A DNA stretch of 64,000 bases from Tubulanus polymorphus (lineage: Eukaryota > Animalia > Nemertea): positions 18,885,101 to 18,949,100 of the forward strand of contig NC_134025.1 of the NCBI RefSeq assembly GCF_964204645.1. The letters are read 5' to 3'. Every line of letters starts with the position of its first letter. Within the stretch, counting starts at the first letter, position 1. Below the pieces are notes generated by a model that saw only the letters and a list, made by a program, of their open reading frames with translations, did no database searches and was not told where the DNA came from. Positions 1 through 11,883 of this stretch are shown piece by piece. The translations under genes were made by a program, and so were the position numbers.

Positions 1-17
1 ATGATATAGTTACCATA

Positions 18-278
18 TTGAAAAAGTTAGATAACTTTAAACCAAATGTAAGTTATGCAATGAACTTATTTGAACTTAAATATGATGATTTTAGAGAATT
101 TTTAAATAAACATCCATCTAAAACTGAAATCGAAAATTATATTCCAAAAATATTTTCAAGAAAAACCTTCAATAAATATAAATTTGGGAATCATTTAGGA
201 CTTATACCAAAGATAATGCAAAGGGATATATATTTAGAATACAATAAGCTTAAAGAAAAATATGAAAATGAAAATTAA
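18..278 (+). CDS. C-terminal part of an unknown element-encoded protein
   Basis: ORF runs from the window edge and converges on the ATPase; no recognisable motif. Confidence 0.4.
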   Translation: MKKLDNFKPNVSYAMNLFELKYDDFREFLNKHPSKTEIENYIPKIFSRKTFNKYKFGNHLGLIPKIMQRDIYLEYNKLKEKYENEN

Positions 279-282
279 AAAG

Positions 283-662
283 ATTATAGAATTCACTGTA
301 TATTGATGAATGAATGGATGAGTTGGAAGAGTTGGATGAGTTGGATGAGTGGAAGAGTGGATGAGTATAATAATATATATATTTTACTTTTTAACACATA
401 AATTGGAAGAATAGTATGAGTATAAATATAATATTTATATTCTTTATTAAATTTAACACAATATATATATATATTATTAAAATAATATTTAAATATAGTA
501 TAAAATTGATAAAATAACTTCAAATCAAACTCTTACTGTTTTAAAAATAAAAAACATATGTAAATTATATATTATTACACTCATCCATTCATCCACTCAT
601 CCAATTCATCCAATTCATCCAATTCATCCACTCATCCATCAGTATACAGTGAATTCTATAAT
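283..662. repeat. Inverted repeat with ~95-bp arms made of GATGAGT(T)G units, at the gene convergence point
   Basis: ATTATAGAATTCACTGTATATTGATG (283) pairs with CATCAGTATACAGTGAATTCTATAAT (ends 662). Confidence 0.85.
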
Positions 663-678
663 ATTTTGAATTAGGATT

Positions 679-1237
679 TTATTTTATAAATTTATATTCA
701 TATGGAAATTGTAATCTCATAAGTAATTTTGAACCTTTATTATTCTTTAATTTATTCATATATTCATCATGTAATTCAGTAGGTATAATTTGATTTTCTT
801 CCAATGATTGTTGCATAGATTTTCTATCTTTATTGTAGAATAAAACTAGAAATCTTATATTCTCTCTAAAATCTTTCACAATTGAATTATATTTCTGATT
901 TAAAACCCATGTTGTTATCCCAAAATGTCTACCAGAGAAAGCTAAATAACATAACTCGCTTTCTCTAATTTTAGAATCATGTAAATTTGCGCAATCATCA
1001 ATTATCTAAATTTTCTTTTACTGTTTTAGGGTCTAATATAATAAACTTTTTTATCTTAACTATATCTCTATTATATGTTTTATTCATTTCATATGTAGGA
1101 CAGAATAATATTATATTATCAAAATGATTCTTATAAATAGTTTCTAACAAGTCTAATATGAAATGTGTTTTACCACAATTGGTTACTCCAGTTATTAACA
1201 TATTATGTGGTTCAAATATAAATAAATCTTTATTCAT
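679..1237 (-). pseudogene. A32/FtsK-HerA-type packaging ATPase with internal deletion
   Basis: Walker A GVTNCGKT; segment before Walker B (TLFIIDD in copy B) deleted; RHFGITTWVLNQ motif. Confidence 0.85.
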
Positions 1238-2316
1238 TTATTCTTTTAATTTTACTAGATAAAATCCATTCATTAAATTTATCATCATATCCTTTATATT
1301 TCACCAAAGAATACTTTATTCCTTTAAGAGTTTTTGTTTTCAATACCTTTTCTATTTTGTATTCTATTTCATCTGGATTTGGTACAAGTGATAATTCTTG
1401 TTCATAGAAATAACCTAATATTTCTTCATCTTTTAGATCTTCTAATTTATAAACAAAAGGTTTAGTTAATATTATCTTTTTAATCTTAAATATTTCTTCA
1501 GTAAAATTAGGGGTATAACCTTTATAAAAGGTTTTTCTATATTTAGATATTCTAACGTGTTGTCCAGTTTTAAATTTAGGTTCTCCAAAATCATGTGTTA
1601 CAAACGCGCCATAAATTATTCCAAACTATTTCTGAATTATCTTCTTTTCTAGCTTGTATAGGTTTCATATTTATAGAATTATGTTTAGAATTATTATAAC
1701 CTTTCACTAAATCATCTAACACGTCGATATATTTATATGTTTCATTAGCGGTGAAATATTTCCACATTCTAGTTTTCAATGTTTTATTAAATCTTTCTAT
1801 AACAGATGCTTTTTTATCTGAATGTGTTGAAAAATATTCTACATCGTTATCAGTTAATAGTTTTTTAAAATGTTTGTTATAAAATTCTTTACCTTCATCA
1901 AATTGTATTTTATCTGGAATAGCTTCTTTAAATATTAATTTGAAAGAATTTGTAACTTCTATACCAGTTTTATTTTTAATCGGGATACTCCATGCGTATC
2001 TACTGAATATATCTATAACATTTAGTATCCAAAAATATCCTTTGTTGTGTTCTTCTAAGTTCTTCATGTCAATTAAATCTGCTTGCCATTGTTGATCGAT
2101 ATATGAAACCATAACTTTTCTTGTTAAATATTTTTTATCCATCTTTTTATGAATTTGATATGTGGGTTGATTTTGTAACCATGATTTTAATTCACTATAT
2201 TTTATATCACCATTATCGGATTTAATTTTATTCCATAATTCTGAAACACTTGAATATGATACTTCACTTTCTGGGTTATAATATAACTCTCTTAAATATT
2301 GTTCTTTTTTCATCAT
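1230..2316 (-). pseudogene. Polinton-type retroviral-like DDE integrase with C-terminal chromodomain, frameshifted near 1600
   Basis: QWQADLIDM, IDIFSRYAW, QFDEGKEF, ERFNKTLK; downstream frame has LVKYKGYDDKFNEWI. Confidence 0.92.
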
Positions 2317-2319
2317 ATT

Positions 2320-2715
2320 TTAATCCATTAATAATATTTTAGATTTATTTTCATTTGATTTATGATTTGACTTATTTTCTGGTATAATAGGTTTATCATC
2401 ATTAGAATCATCTTTATCGTCAGATTTGAATTTTGATTTATATATTACACCGGATAATATAATAACTGTTACTAATCCAATTGTAATATATAATTTATAA
2501 TTACTTCCAGCATTAGAAGAATTAGATGGATTATTATTTGAATCAATACCACCGTGTGGGTGCTGTACGGCACCATCAGATAAAGTCTGTGATTCATTTA
2601 TATCAGTTAATTTCTTTTTCTTAGCTTTTTTTAATTCTGATGATCTTTTACCTAATTCTCTTGCCCATTTAATTTGTTTCTCTGATCTAGCCTTTTTCTT
2701 AACTCCATCACTCAT
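2320..2715 (-). CDS. Unknown 131-aa basic protein with one transmembrane helix
   Basis: LYITIGLVTVIILSGVIY hydrophobic segment; intact homolog at 27709-28077; TAAATG start. Confidence 0.7.
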   Translation of the reverse strand: MSDGVKKKARSEKQIKWARELGKRSSELKKAKKKKLTDINESQTLSDGAVQHPHGGIDSNNNPSNSSNAGSNYKLYITIGLVTVIILSGVIYKSKFKSDDKDDSNDDKPIIPENKSNHKSNENKSKILLMD

Positions 2716-3313
2716 TTATTTTAGTTAATTTTTGTTCTGATTCATTTTCTGTTTCGATGTTTTTTTGTAGTAGTACATCTGTTTCGTTCTTACCTGATTT
2801 ATATTCCATAGGTTTGATGTTCGAAAATGTTATGACACCAGTAGAAATCAATGTCATAACCGATCCTAATTGAAATGAAGCATATCCAACCCATTTTTGT
2901 AATTCAGTCATAACTAAGTAGTCATTTTTCAAATCATTATATAATTTATTTTCATCATCAATTGGTATTAACTGGTTACATAATTTTGAATAACATTTGA
3001 CAATACCATCTGAAATAGAATCATTTATTCTAGCTAATCGAGCTTCTTCATAAATCTTAAAATATTTTATTACTTTATCGGGTTTCATAGCATCTAATTC
3101 TTGAAAAGTTATTATTTTTCCCAAGAAATCCTTAGATTTCCCGCCAGCAATTAATAATTCAAGATGATGCTTACAATATAAGTAGTATTCATAATCTATA
3201 TTGTTATTAACTTGAATAGAATTAGTTACAACTGTATCTTTATTATCACTTATACCCAAATCATCTAATGTCTTTTCAATATCAATACTATTCTTATTAG
3301 ATTTCTTTGACAT
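2708..3313 (-). CDS. Unknown 201-aa element protein with C-proximal hydrophobic segment
   Basis: Homolog at 28070-28680; TAAATG start. Confidence 0.7.
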   Translation of the reverse strand: MSKKSNKNSIDIEKTLDDLGISDNKDTVVTNSIQVNNNIDYEYYLYCKHHLELLIAGGKSKDFLGKIITFQELDAMKPDKVIKYFKIYEEARLARINDSISDGIVKCYSKLCNQLIPIDDENKLYNDLKNDYLVMTELQKWVGYASFQLGSVMTLISTGVITFSNIKPMEYKSGKNETDVLLQKNIETENESEQKLTKINE

Positions 3314-3725
3314 TTATATTAGAGAAATTTAATAAGAATAGTATTATAAGTATTCTTCAAATGATACTAGATAGTTAAAGTTAAAGAACTCTAGTATTGA
3401 CTACTGATACTAGCTATTTGAATTTAAAGAATTTCTATTCGGATCTATTCAAAATATAAAGTATTCTCTTTTTGAAAAGAAAATATTAAAAATATAATAG
3501 AAATAATAGATAGTTGAAGTTATTGTTTTTTTATTATATTTTATTTAAATTAGGATTTAGATTATCTCACTACTTTTGTTTATCTATTAGGAGCAGTAAC
3601 TATAACTGTCCAGATAAGTCATTTCGGATTCTTGATGATAAATCCTAAAACTGAAAATAAATTCAAAGAAACGACTGGTGGAATTACTATTTCATAAACA
3701 CATATATTTATTATGTAAATTTTAG

Positions 3726-3890
3726 CGATCGATAATAGAACAATGAAGAACAATAGAAATGCGGTTCAATCGGACCGGTTATTGCGCAATACACAGTTAT
3801 ATTTTTATTCTAACAACGATCAATAATAGAACAATGGAGAACAATAGAAAAGCGGTTCAATCGGACCGGTTATTGCGCAATACACAGTTA
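3726..3890. repeat. Two-unit tandem repeat (~90 bp unit)
   Basis: AATAGAAA.GCGGTTCAATCGGACCGGTTATTGCGCAATACACAGTTA occurs twice. Confidence 0.75.
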
Positions 3891-3970
3891 ACAGTAAACA
3901 ATACAATATTAAAACAGATATATACAACATTTTTTGATATCTATATTACAAAGACCTTCAGTGTTATAAT

Positions 3971-4438
3971 TTATAATTTTGTCCAGAATTCTTTAATTAC
4001 TGGATTGTTTCCAATCATTTCTTCAATTTCTGGTAAATGTCTTACTACTTCACTAAATGCTAATCCTAATATTTTGAATTTTTCATATTTTACTAATCTA
4101 CCTACTCTTCTCAGTTTTCTTTCAAAACCGGCACTGATATCTCCACTCATTTTGTTAGTTTTCGATTCTTTGAGCCCCAACAGCAATTTAAGTCGCGTTG
4201 CTGGTAATTTTGGTAATTGTAGTTCGCGCGGTAATTGTTTATTATGTATTACATCACTCAGAATTTTCACCATTTCTTGATGATAGTCCAAATGTTCTTG
4301 TAATTTTGTGAAGTTTGTTCGTCAATTACGAGAGTTTCATCCTCCATTTCTATTGATTCCTGAGTTTCACTATCTATCGTTTCTGGTTCCTCATACGTTG
4401 GTTGGCTTAGAATTTCTGGTCGATCTTTGTGTTCCATT
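3971..4438 (-). pseudogene. Unknown element protein, frameshifted; decayed homolog at ~30350-30600
   Basis: ORF 3971-4291 plus upstream TAAAATGGAA start; shared patches such as TTCAATT.CTGGTAAAT in copy B. Confidence 0.45.
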
Positions 4439-4830
4439 TTAATCTAAAAGATATCGTGAAAATGAATTACTGTACTTAAATATGTTTAAAGGTTTCCCTA
4501 CTTCATAATATATTTACTTACATTTAGATTTAGAACTGTAAACTGTGTTTTGAGAGAGAATATCCAATACGTTCCTATGCTTATGTGCTGCGCGTTTATA
4601 ACTGGTAGTTATTCACTAGCTTAACACCTCTGGTGCAACAGATGTTCCTTCTTTTGTAATATAATTGATTAATCCTTTTCAACTGAAATAGCACCTTCGA
4701 TCAATATTCAAATGAGGTGCGCCCCATTCAACTGAATATGAAATACGGCACAGATGTTTTTGTAAACAACATAATACAATTAAATATAGGCGGTTTGACA
4801 TAGATCGAGAGTAACCGGTTTTCTAAGCGT

Positions 4831-5481
4831 TTAACATTCAACGTATTTTTCATTATGTGTTGAATTCCATAATTCAACAAATGTCTTTGCTTTATCCAGT
4901 TGATCTAAATATAACGGTATATCTAGTTTATTAGATTTAATTATGTTTTCTTTCTTTTCAAGAGGCCTTAAATTTCTCCAACCCCAAATAAGTTTTTTAT
5001 TGTATTCATCATTCATGTTAAATTTAGAAATCGGCAACACATGATCAATATGAAAGTATTCACCATAATTATCTATATTCATTTTATCATCGAATTGAAA
5101 TATAATCCATGATTTGAGAAATTCATCTGAACAACCCAATAAATTAGATAATGTTTCTGAATGTGTTTCTTTATTGAATAATTGTGTTAATCTAGACCGT
5201 AAACATTGTTTCAATCTAAAATTAAGATCTGTTTGATATCTTTCTCTCATATATTCTGCCATATAATAATTATAATGTTCTATATTATCTTCTCGGTATT
5301 GTTTGGTGTATAGTTTAAAACAAGTTTTACAGCAATATTGAAAACCATCTTTGCTAATCTTACGCTTACTAAATTCTGTTGATGATTTATCTAATTCACA
5401 TTTAGAACACTTCTTGTAGTATATGTTTATAACGCCAGTGTTATTTGTAATATTGATAATTTGTGGTTGTTCTGGTTCCAT
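4831..5481 (-). CDS. HNH endonuclease with N-terminal CxxC zinc-ribbon (large-DNA-virus type)
   Basis: CSKC...CKTC; FHIDHVLPIS...WRNLRPL...N..KSNK. Confidence 0.85.
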   Translation of the reverse strand: MEPEQPQIINITNNTGVINIYYKKCSKCELDKSSTEFSKRKISKDGFQYCCKTCFKLYTKQYREDNIEHYNYYMAEYMRERYQTDLNFRLKQCLRSRLTQLFNKETHSETLSNLLGCSDEFLKSWIIFQFDDKMNIDNYGEYFHIDHVLPISKFNMNDEYNKKLIWGWRNLRPLEKKENIIKSNKLDIPLYLDQLDKAKTFVELWNSTHNEKYVEC

Positions 5482-5489
5482 TTATTATA

Positions 5490-5814
5490 CGTATTTTTTT
5501 TACTAAATTGGTTAATAATTTATAATCCTCTTCCATTTCTTCGACCAACGTATCATCCTTTTTCATTCCTCGCTGCTTTTGATAAGTTGTTTCGATTCCT
5601 TGATATCAAATTCCTCAATGTATTGTTCATTATTTGGATCATTATTCTATAATTCAATAAATTTCTTTCCCTTTGTTAACTGTTCTGAATATAACTGTAA
5701 ATATTCTAGTTTCAATTTATTCTCTAAATGTGTTCTAGTTTTATTGTGTCTTGCTTTTTGGGATTTATCTATATCGATATTACATGTTGGGCAGTAGTAC
5801 TTATTTGCTTCCAT
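5490..5814 (-). pseudogene. Small C2H2 zinc-finger protein with in-frame stops
   Basis: Manual translation MEANKYYCPTCNIDIDKSQKARHNKTRTH... Confidence 0.6.
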
Positions 5815-5894
5815 TTTAATACTAAATTTTTTATTAAAATTGATTTTAGAAGTTCAATGATTTAAATGTTATTCATATATATATGAATATTTTA

Positions 5895-6104
5895 AGAGTA
5901 ATAGGGGTTTAGTTGTTTCATATCAAAGGTCGAAAGGTTGAGGTTGATAAATTTTCCAAATGTTAAAATAATAATAATTTCTACTTGAATTAGGAGTGTA
6001 CGCGACTAATTCAAGTAGAAATTATTGTTATTTTAACATTTGGAAAATTTCTCGGGCTCGACCTTTCGACCTTTGGTATGAAACAACTAAACCCCTATTA
6101 CTCT
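5895..6104. repeat. Terminal hairpin (imperfect palindrome) of copy A, ~210 bp
   Basis: AGAGTAATAGGGGTTTAGTTGTTTCATA...TATGAAACAACTAAACCCCTATTACTCT; loop GAGTGTACGCGA at ~5994-6005. Confidence 0.95.
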
Positions 6105-8455
6105 CGACGACTCAGATCGATGACAACGACAGCAGTTTTTGCGTAATTTAAGGTGAGAATCCGTTAACCAGGGAATTTTTTACATGATTTCTTTATAATA
6201 TTAGTACATAAGGTAGCAAATGAGTACTCGGTGAAGCAATGATCATTGTTGGCTAGCTACTTTACCTAGCTTTTTGGGGGGATACACCTAGAATAGGCCA
6301 TAAATGTAGTGAATAGGGACAGTGGAAAGTTGTTAGTAAGGGGCTGGTTTACACTTATGTGTACGACTATTTATTTCGATTCTTTCCAGCTATTATTCGT
6401 GGAATGAACTGGTCACTACGGTCTTCAATTCCTTTGCCGATTCTTGCAGCTGGTGGAAATAAATTAAAACCACAGTGTGCAAGTGTACGTTCCAAATCAA
6501 GCTTTTTCGTCATTGTCGTAACTTAAGCGCAACTGTCACAGATGCTGTAAGTACTTGACGTTTTATGTAATTGTTATTTTTTCAGTTGCCATGTTTACAA
6601 TATTTGGATAAGTAATCAGTTATTATAGTTCCTTTCACTCCTCTATGATATTATATAACCGAGTAATTATTACATTTCATTGCTTAATTACAGGTGGAAA
6701 GAGGTCAGATGGCATGAAAATCGACTGTGGCTGACAAATTGGTGCGATTAGATCAGGCGTTGATGTTTCAAAAGGTGTAGCCAAAAAGCTTGTATCATCA
6801 GGGGGTAGACAAATATCTGAAGATAAATGAAAACTTCACCTCGTTGATCATCAGTTGATTTTGCTGTAATTTTTTCGCCTGGATAAATCAACACGTCATT
6901 CAGTTCATAATCTGTGTTCAGTAGAATTTCTTTCAATAAAATTAAAATTTAATTGGCTTATTTTTATGTATTCAAGATTGAAATTGAATGGATCTTAAAA
7001 CCAGAGAAAGCATTCTTCGGAAATTTAGAAAATCCTAGACTCATAATCAAATTCTGTGAAGTCAGTTAAGGTCTTTTGCTCAAATCAAGCCGAGGGCTCA
7101 GATGGCTAAAATTCAATTCCTCAATATCCTGTAATGCAGAGTATGATAAAGTTTACACACTGAAAAACGTTGGGCTGTGTAAGAGTAATTTGGATAAATT
7201 AGCAATATAATGACCGCCCTGGCCCGCTGCATCTAAGACATGAACAAGTTGGACTGTGTTGCTTCGATGCTTTGACAAACGGACTCCTAAGCAAGATGAC
7301 CTGCCAAATCAAGTGTGAATTTTAAGAAAGAAAACAACACAATTGATCAGTCAATGCCTTGCGTCTTCAAAAAAATTTTCCCGGAAATATTTCTTTTTCT
7401 GGCCACCACCTGCCTCGACACGCGACGTTCAAGTTGATACAACTGCCATCGGGGGACCATATCTTCAATATCCTCCAAGCCATTTTGATTACTTGGTACA
7501 TCAGTACTTTTTACATGGTAGCCCTTTTGGATCCACATAATCCAGCATATTGTTGACCCAGGTCGTGCTTCTTGGAAATAGTCTTATGTTATGGATGGAT
7601 TTGAATAATTTCGATGAAATCTTTTTTACGCTTCCCATTGCAACATATGAACCAGTTAGGCAGAAACCCGTTATCGCTGCTATGCAGCTATATTTTTAGT
7701 TGTTCTCCAACTTAGTGTCAGCGGAACTCGCCTCTACATGTTATGCCCATACCACAAATTAATGTAATAGCCATTGAAGGTAATTATGCAACATCAACTG
7801 TGTCATTTAAGTAGCTCAGGTTATTATGGATTGGTCAACAATCACACGTGCTACAAACTGACGATAATGGGCCTAAGAAACCATATTACGTACCCGAGGC
7901 CGAAATCAATTCCTAGTACAGCGCACTGTAGGTTATCGATTCCGTCGCCGTATGAAAAAACCATCAGTTAGAAAATAATTTTTTGATTGTAGGTAGTCGT
8001 GCTGTTGATATTTGTATTCGCCCGTTGATACAATAAATTCAAACAGAAACATTCACTGGTAGAGTACCAGTAACGACCGGGCTGGGTTTTTTTTAGCGGT
8101 GAGTTATTTGCCATTTCATAACACTATTTAGGTGATTGTAAGTAGGTATGAATTGTCGTTTTCATGGTGATGAACTCCACTGTGGAAAAGTACAGGTACA
8201 TAACGCTGCATTTATTTTATCATGCCGCAAGCATGTAAATTAATAGACGATAGAAAAAAACTGCGGACTAAAATGGAGAGATTCGTGGCAAAATAACTTT
8301 TTTACATGAACCTTTTAACTATGGCCTGGTGTTGATTCAACTAGTTGCACTACTTTTTTCTTGTGTCCAGTGCTATTCTCTTTTTGACAAGTAATTTTGA
8401 TTGAGCTCAGTACGTATAGCGGTTACAAAACCATTTAATCAGTGGTAACTGTACG

Positions 8456-9070
8456 ATGTTCGAACTTCGCGGAATCACTCAATCGCTGAACTTTACAAAA
8501 CAATCAGATTCAAAATCCATTGCCCACAGAGATTTAAAACCTGCGAACATATTAGTTAGCAATAGTCATTATTTTGTCAATGGTAACCTCAATACATCAG
8601 TCATTAATTATGCCTTCAAAAATTTTCCAATTGTGTGCAAATTGACGGATTTTGTTGAAAGTCGGTCGAGGTTGTTGCAGACCAACATGTTGATGGCTGC
8701 TCAAATACAAAGAGTTGATCAAGGTACGGTACCGTACATAGCCCCTGAGCTGCTGCTTGCAGGAGAGGTTGCTGAATATTCGAATGTTTGTCTATCTCTG
8801 AATGATTTGCTGTTGGCGGACATCTGGGCATTGGGGATGACAATCTACAATGTAGTAAATCCTGACTTACTGGCCCCGTACTTCGTTGAAATTAAGGGTG
8901 AAATAGACGCAAGAAAATTCATTTAAGAAATGTTGAAAAATCAGAAAAAAACCTTCTTTTTCAAGAAAATTCCATCAAAAGCATGTCACTGTCTGGGAAG
9001 ATATCTGCACTATTTTCAAGAAGTGCACTCATTTCACACCATCGGATCGGCCAACAACTGATGAGCTCCA
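8456..9070 (+). pseudogene. Intronless Ser/Thr protein kinase C-lobe, decayed
   Basis: HRDLKPANILV, KLTDFV (DFG site), GTVPYIAPE, DIWALGMT; after a stop, FKKCTHFTPSDRPT. Confidence 0.85.
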
Positions 9071-9077
9071 ATGTACT

Positions 9078-10575
9078 TTGTTCACAATCGACGGAAACTA
9101 TCCACTATGCGTCAGTCAGGGTTCAGCTGTAGAAAAGGGTGATGCCAATATCGGACTTGAGATTAATTCACAGTGTGAAAATGAAGGCACCAATGCGTGC
9201 GCATTTCTATGCTTCTATCTAGCGCATTTGTTTAGCCATGAACATAGATCTTGGGACGATATGGTAAAAGTAGCCGAGGATACAATAACTAATCTTCCAT
9301 ATGTTATCAATAGTTCCATAGATGGCACTAAAATGTACGATTCGGTTGAAGTTATTGATACCCTAAAAAACTTCAACTAATCCCAGAAAAAGAAGAATTT
9401 TTGGAGGAGGTTATTGATAACAAATCACTTGATTGATTGAATTTGATGAAAAATCGATGGATTGAATTTGATGAAAAATGCTCTCGAAGACAATTTCATT
9501 GGCATATTGACCGCAAAAAGCTATGTCTTTTTGCTTGGAAATCTAACAGAAGAGTATTTTAAACTTGATTCCCGTCCGATTGGAAAACTTCTTGGGGGAA
9601 ATGGAAATGGTCTCTTAGAGATTTTCCCGTCCAGTCAAGACCTTTACGAATGGATAGCCTGTGGATTGAGGCTAACTCGTGATGAAGAAACGCGATTCTC
9701 TCTCTTGAGAATTTCCGTTGGTACCCAGAAAGGTCAACATCAACCCCTTTGTTTTGAAGAGAATTCTGGTTGCGACACACTGGCTTCCGATACACATGAA
9801 TACACAGACAGTAACCACCAGTCTATTCATGAAATTGAGTGTAATGGTTAGATATCTGATGGGTCTGCTGATACTTTCACTGTAATAAGCAGCAGTGACG
9901 GTCAAACCAACAGTGATGATAACGAGATCGATGATGCTGGTGATTGCAGTATTGCTGATACGGTTTCTCCTGGAAATTCGATGATATCAAAGCAATTTTA
10001 GAAAGGTGATCAGGAATTGCCTATTCATCAATTGAAAACTGAACGTTACATCACATCACAGGCAGTCAAAATACTGATGTCTACGGAGGAATTAACATGT
10101 AAGAAACAGCCCCTAAAAGTACGTGCAAATGCATCATTTCTAATTGATTTGAGTGCATTTAATCACATCAGGGATGTCAAGTCCGATATGAATGGTGTAT
10201 ATTCGAGAGTTTTGCGTTGTGGAGTGTGGACGATCAAATACGAAGAAGACGAATGTATTGTGGTTGCCGGAACCATTAGTATCCAACAAGCACTATCATC
10301 TGCATATTGACGGTAGAAGAAATAAAGCAAATGATTCTCTCCAACGGTCAATTTTCCATGTAACCGACAATGAGGAGAGAATCGTTAACGATGTGTGTTT
10401 AATACAGTATACTACATCGAAGGCTATAACAAACCTTGATGTTATACCTCATGGCAATAGCAAAAAAGGTTCCAAGCCTTTTTACCCAACTGCACAATCA
10501 GTAAAACAATCGATACAAGAAAGGGCATCTTCGAAATCTGCATCAGTATCAGGAATATTGCAAGCGATGGAGGTA
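9078..10575 (+). pseudogene. Fragmented continuation ORF ending in the N-terminus of a probable Mutator-like transposase, cut by copy B
   Basis: Co-oriented fragments 9078, 9462, 10017, 10192; PHGNSKK..PFYPT..S motif recalled from invertebrate MULE-like proteins. Confidence 0.45.
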
Positions 10576-10697
10576 AGTAAATGGGAAATAGTCTTTTCAA
10601 GCCAAAGGTCGAAAGGTCGAAAAATACATTCTCGCACACTCGAATGTATTTTTCGACCTTTCGACCTTTAAGTCGAAACAAATATTTCCCATTTACT
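10576..10697. repeat. Left terminal hairpin of copy B, 122 bp
   Basis: AGTAAATGGGAAATA...AAAGGTCGAAAGGTCGAAAAATACATTC-loop-GAATGTATTTTTCGACCTTTCGACCTTT...TATTTCCCATTTACT. Confidence 0.95.
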
Positions 10698-10767
10698 CTT
10701 AAAATATTCATATATATGAATATGAATAACTTCTAAAATCAATTTTAATAAAAAATTTGATATTAAA

Positions 10768-11110
10768 ATGGAGAGTAAACAAATACACAGTGAATTCTTA
10801 GATAGAATTAAAGATACTACAAATGTCAAATCTGTAGATTATAAATTTAAGAAGTTAACAGAATTAACAATTCATAAGAAATATTAAATTACAAATATTG
10901 ATACAGTTACTAACAAATATGGAGATAAAATTAGTTATTCACGTAGAATATGAAGGATTAAAAGGTAATACATATAAATTCAGAACATATTTACCAGATA
11001 GATTTCATAGATTATCTAGCGAAGATTTTGAAGAATTATGTTCTGGTGATTTCTATTTCATATATATGGGTAAGAATGAAAAAGGGTACCATGAAATAGA
11101 TTTCGAATAA
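10768..11110 (+). pseudogene. Small protein, possibly OB-fold ssDNA-binding; stop and frameshift
   Basis: KKLTELTIHKKY*ITNIDTVTNKYG...RTYLPDRF...IYMGK...HEIDFE beta-strand pattern. Confidence 0.45.
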
Positions 11111-11124
11111 AATATGTAAAATAA

Positions 11125-11883
11125 ATGGCGGAATTAAAAGAATATAGAATATTTGTTGATTCAAGAAGACTTACAAATTATAAAACCATAATTTACTAGT
11201 ACAATTAGATAGGGAATTTAAGAATTGTGTTGATTTAAAATTAGTAAACATTAGTTTATGTAATTCTTTTTACAATATATCGGGTAAATCTATTGAACAT
11301 AGAGCCTTTTTAATTTTTGATAAAAATAAAGATGAATGGTCCTATATATATTTAAAACTGGGGTCATATAATTTAGATACATTATCGCAAGAAAGTAATA
11401 GAAAAGCCTGGCACAAGTTAGGTAGTAATTCCGGGTTTAATATTAGATTTTTAAAAAGTGATAGTTCTGATAGAATAAAGATAAGGTTGTCTAATAGTGA
11501 AAAACATAAATTTATGGTTAAAAAAACCTATAGCTAAACTGTTAGGAATTCCTCCAGATAGATCTTTTACAAATATTGATGCTACACCAAACTTAATACC
11601 TTACACGCATTTTTATATTTATTGCAATTTAATTGATCCTACAAATTCATTTGAAGCAACTAAAGTTACAATTTGTAATTCTAGTATATTAAATGTTTTA
11701 CCATTAAAAAATGTTAAACAATTTGGAACACAAATAAATTATAATTAAGCTGAATGTGATTTTAAACCTTGTATTTCACGATTTGATAATTTTAAATTAG
11801 AAGTAAGAATTCATAATGGTTACTTAATTAATTTAAATAACTTTCCTGTAATTTATGAATTAGTTATAAGATGTAAAGAGTAA
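11125..11883 (+). pseudogene. Minor capsid (penton-like single jelly-roll) protein, disrupted
   Basis: IFVDSRR, CNSFYNI, PNLIPYTHFYIYCNLI, SSILNVLP, FGTQINY, FPVIYELVI pattern typical of Polinton/PLV pentons; TAAATG start. Confidence 0.7.

Larger units (their letters stand above)
1..6102. mobile_element. Endogenous Polinton/PLV-like element copy A, right part (left part outside window)
   Basis: Very AT-rich; ATPase, integrase and HNH genes closely similar to copy B; ends ...AACTAAACCCCTATTACT at 6102, as copy B does at 31478. Confidence 0.85.

Noticed and set aside
6700-7750. Possible decayed minus-strand coding region (HECT-like or transposon)
   Set aside because: Too fragmented; no motif I can support
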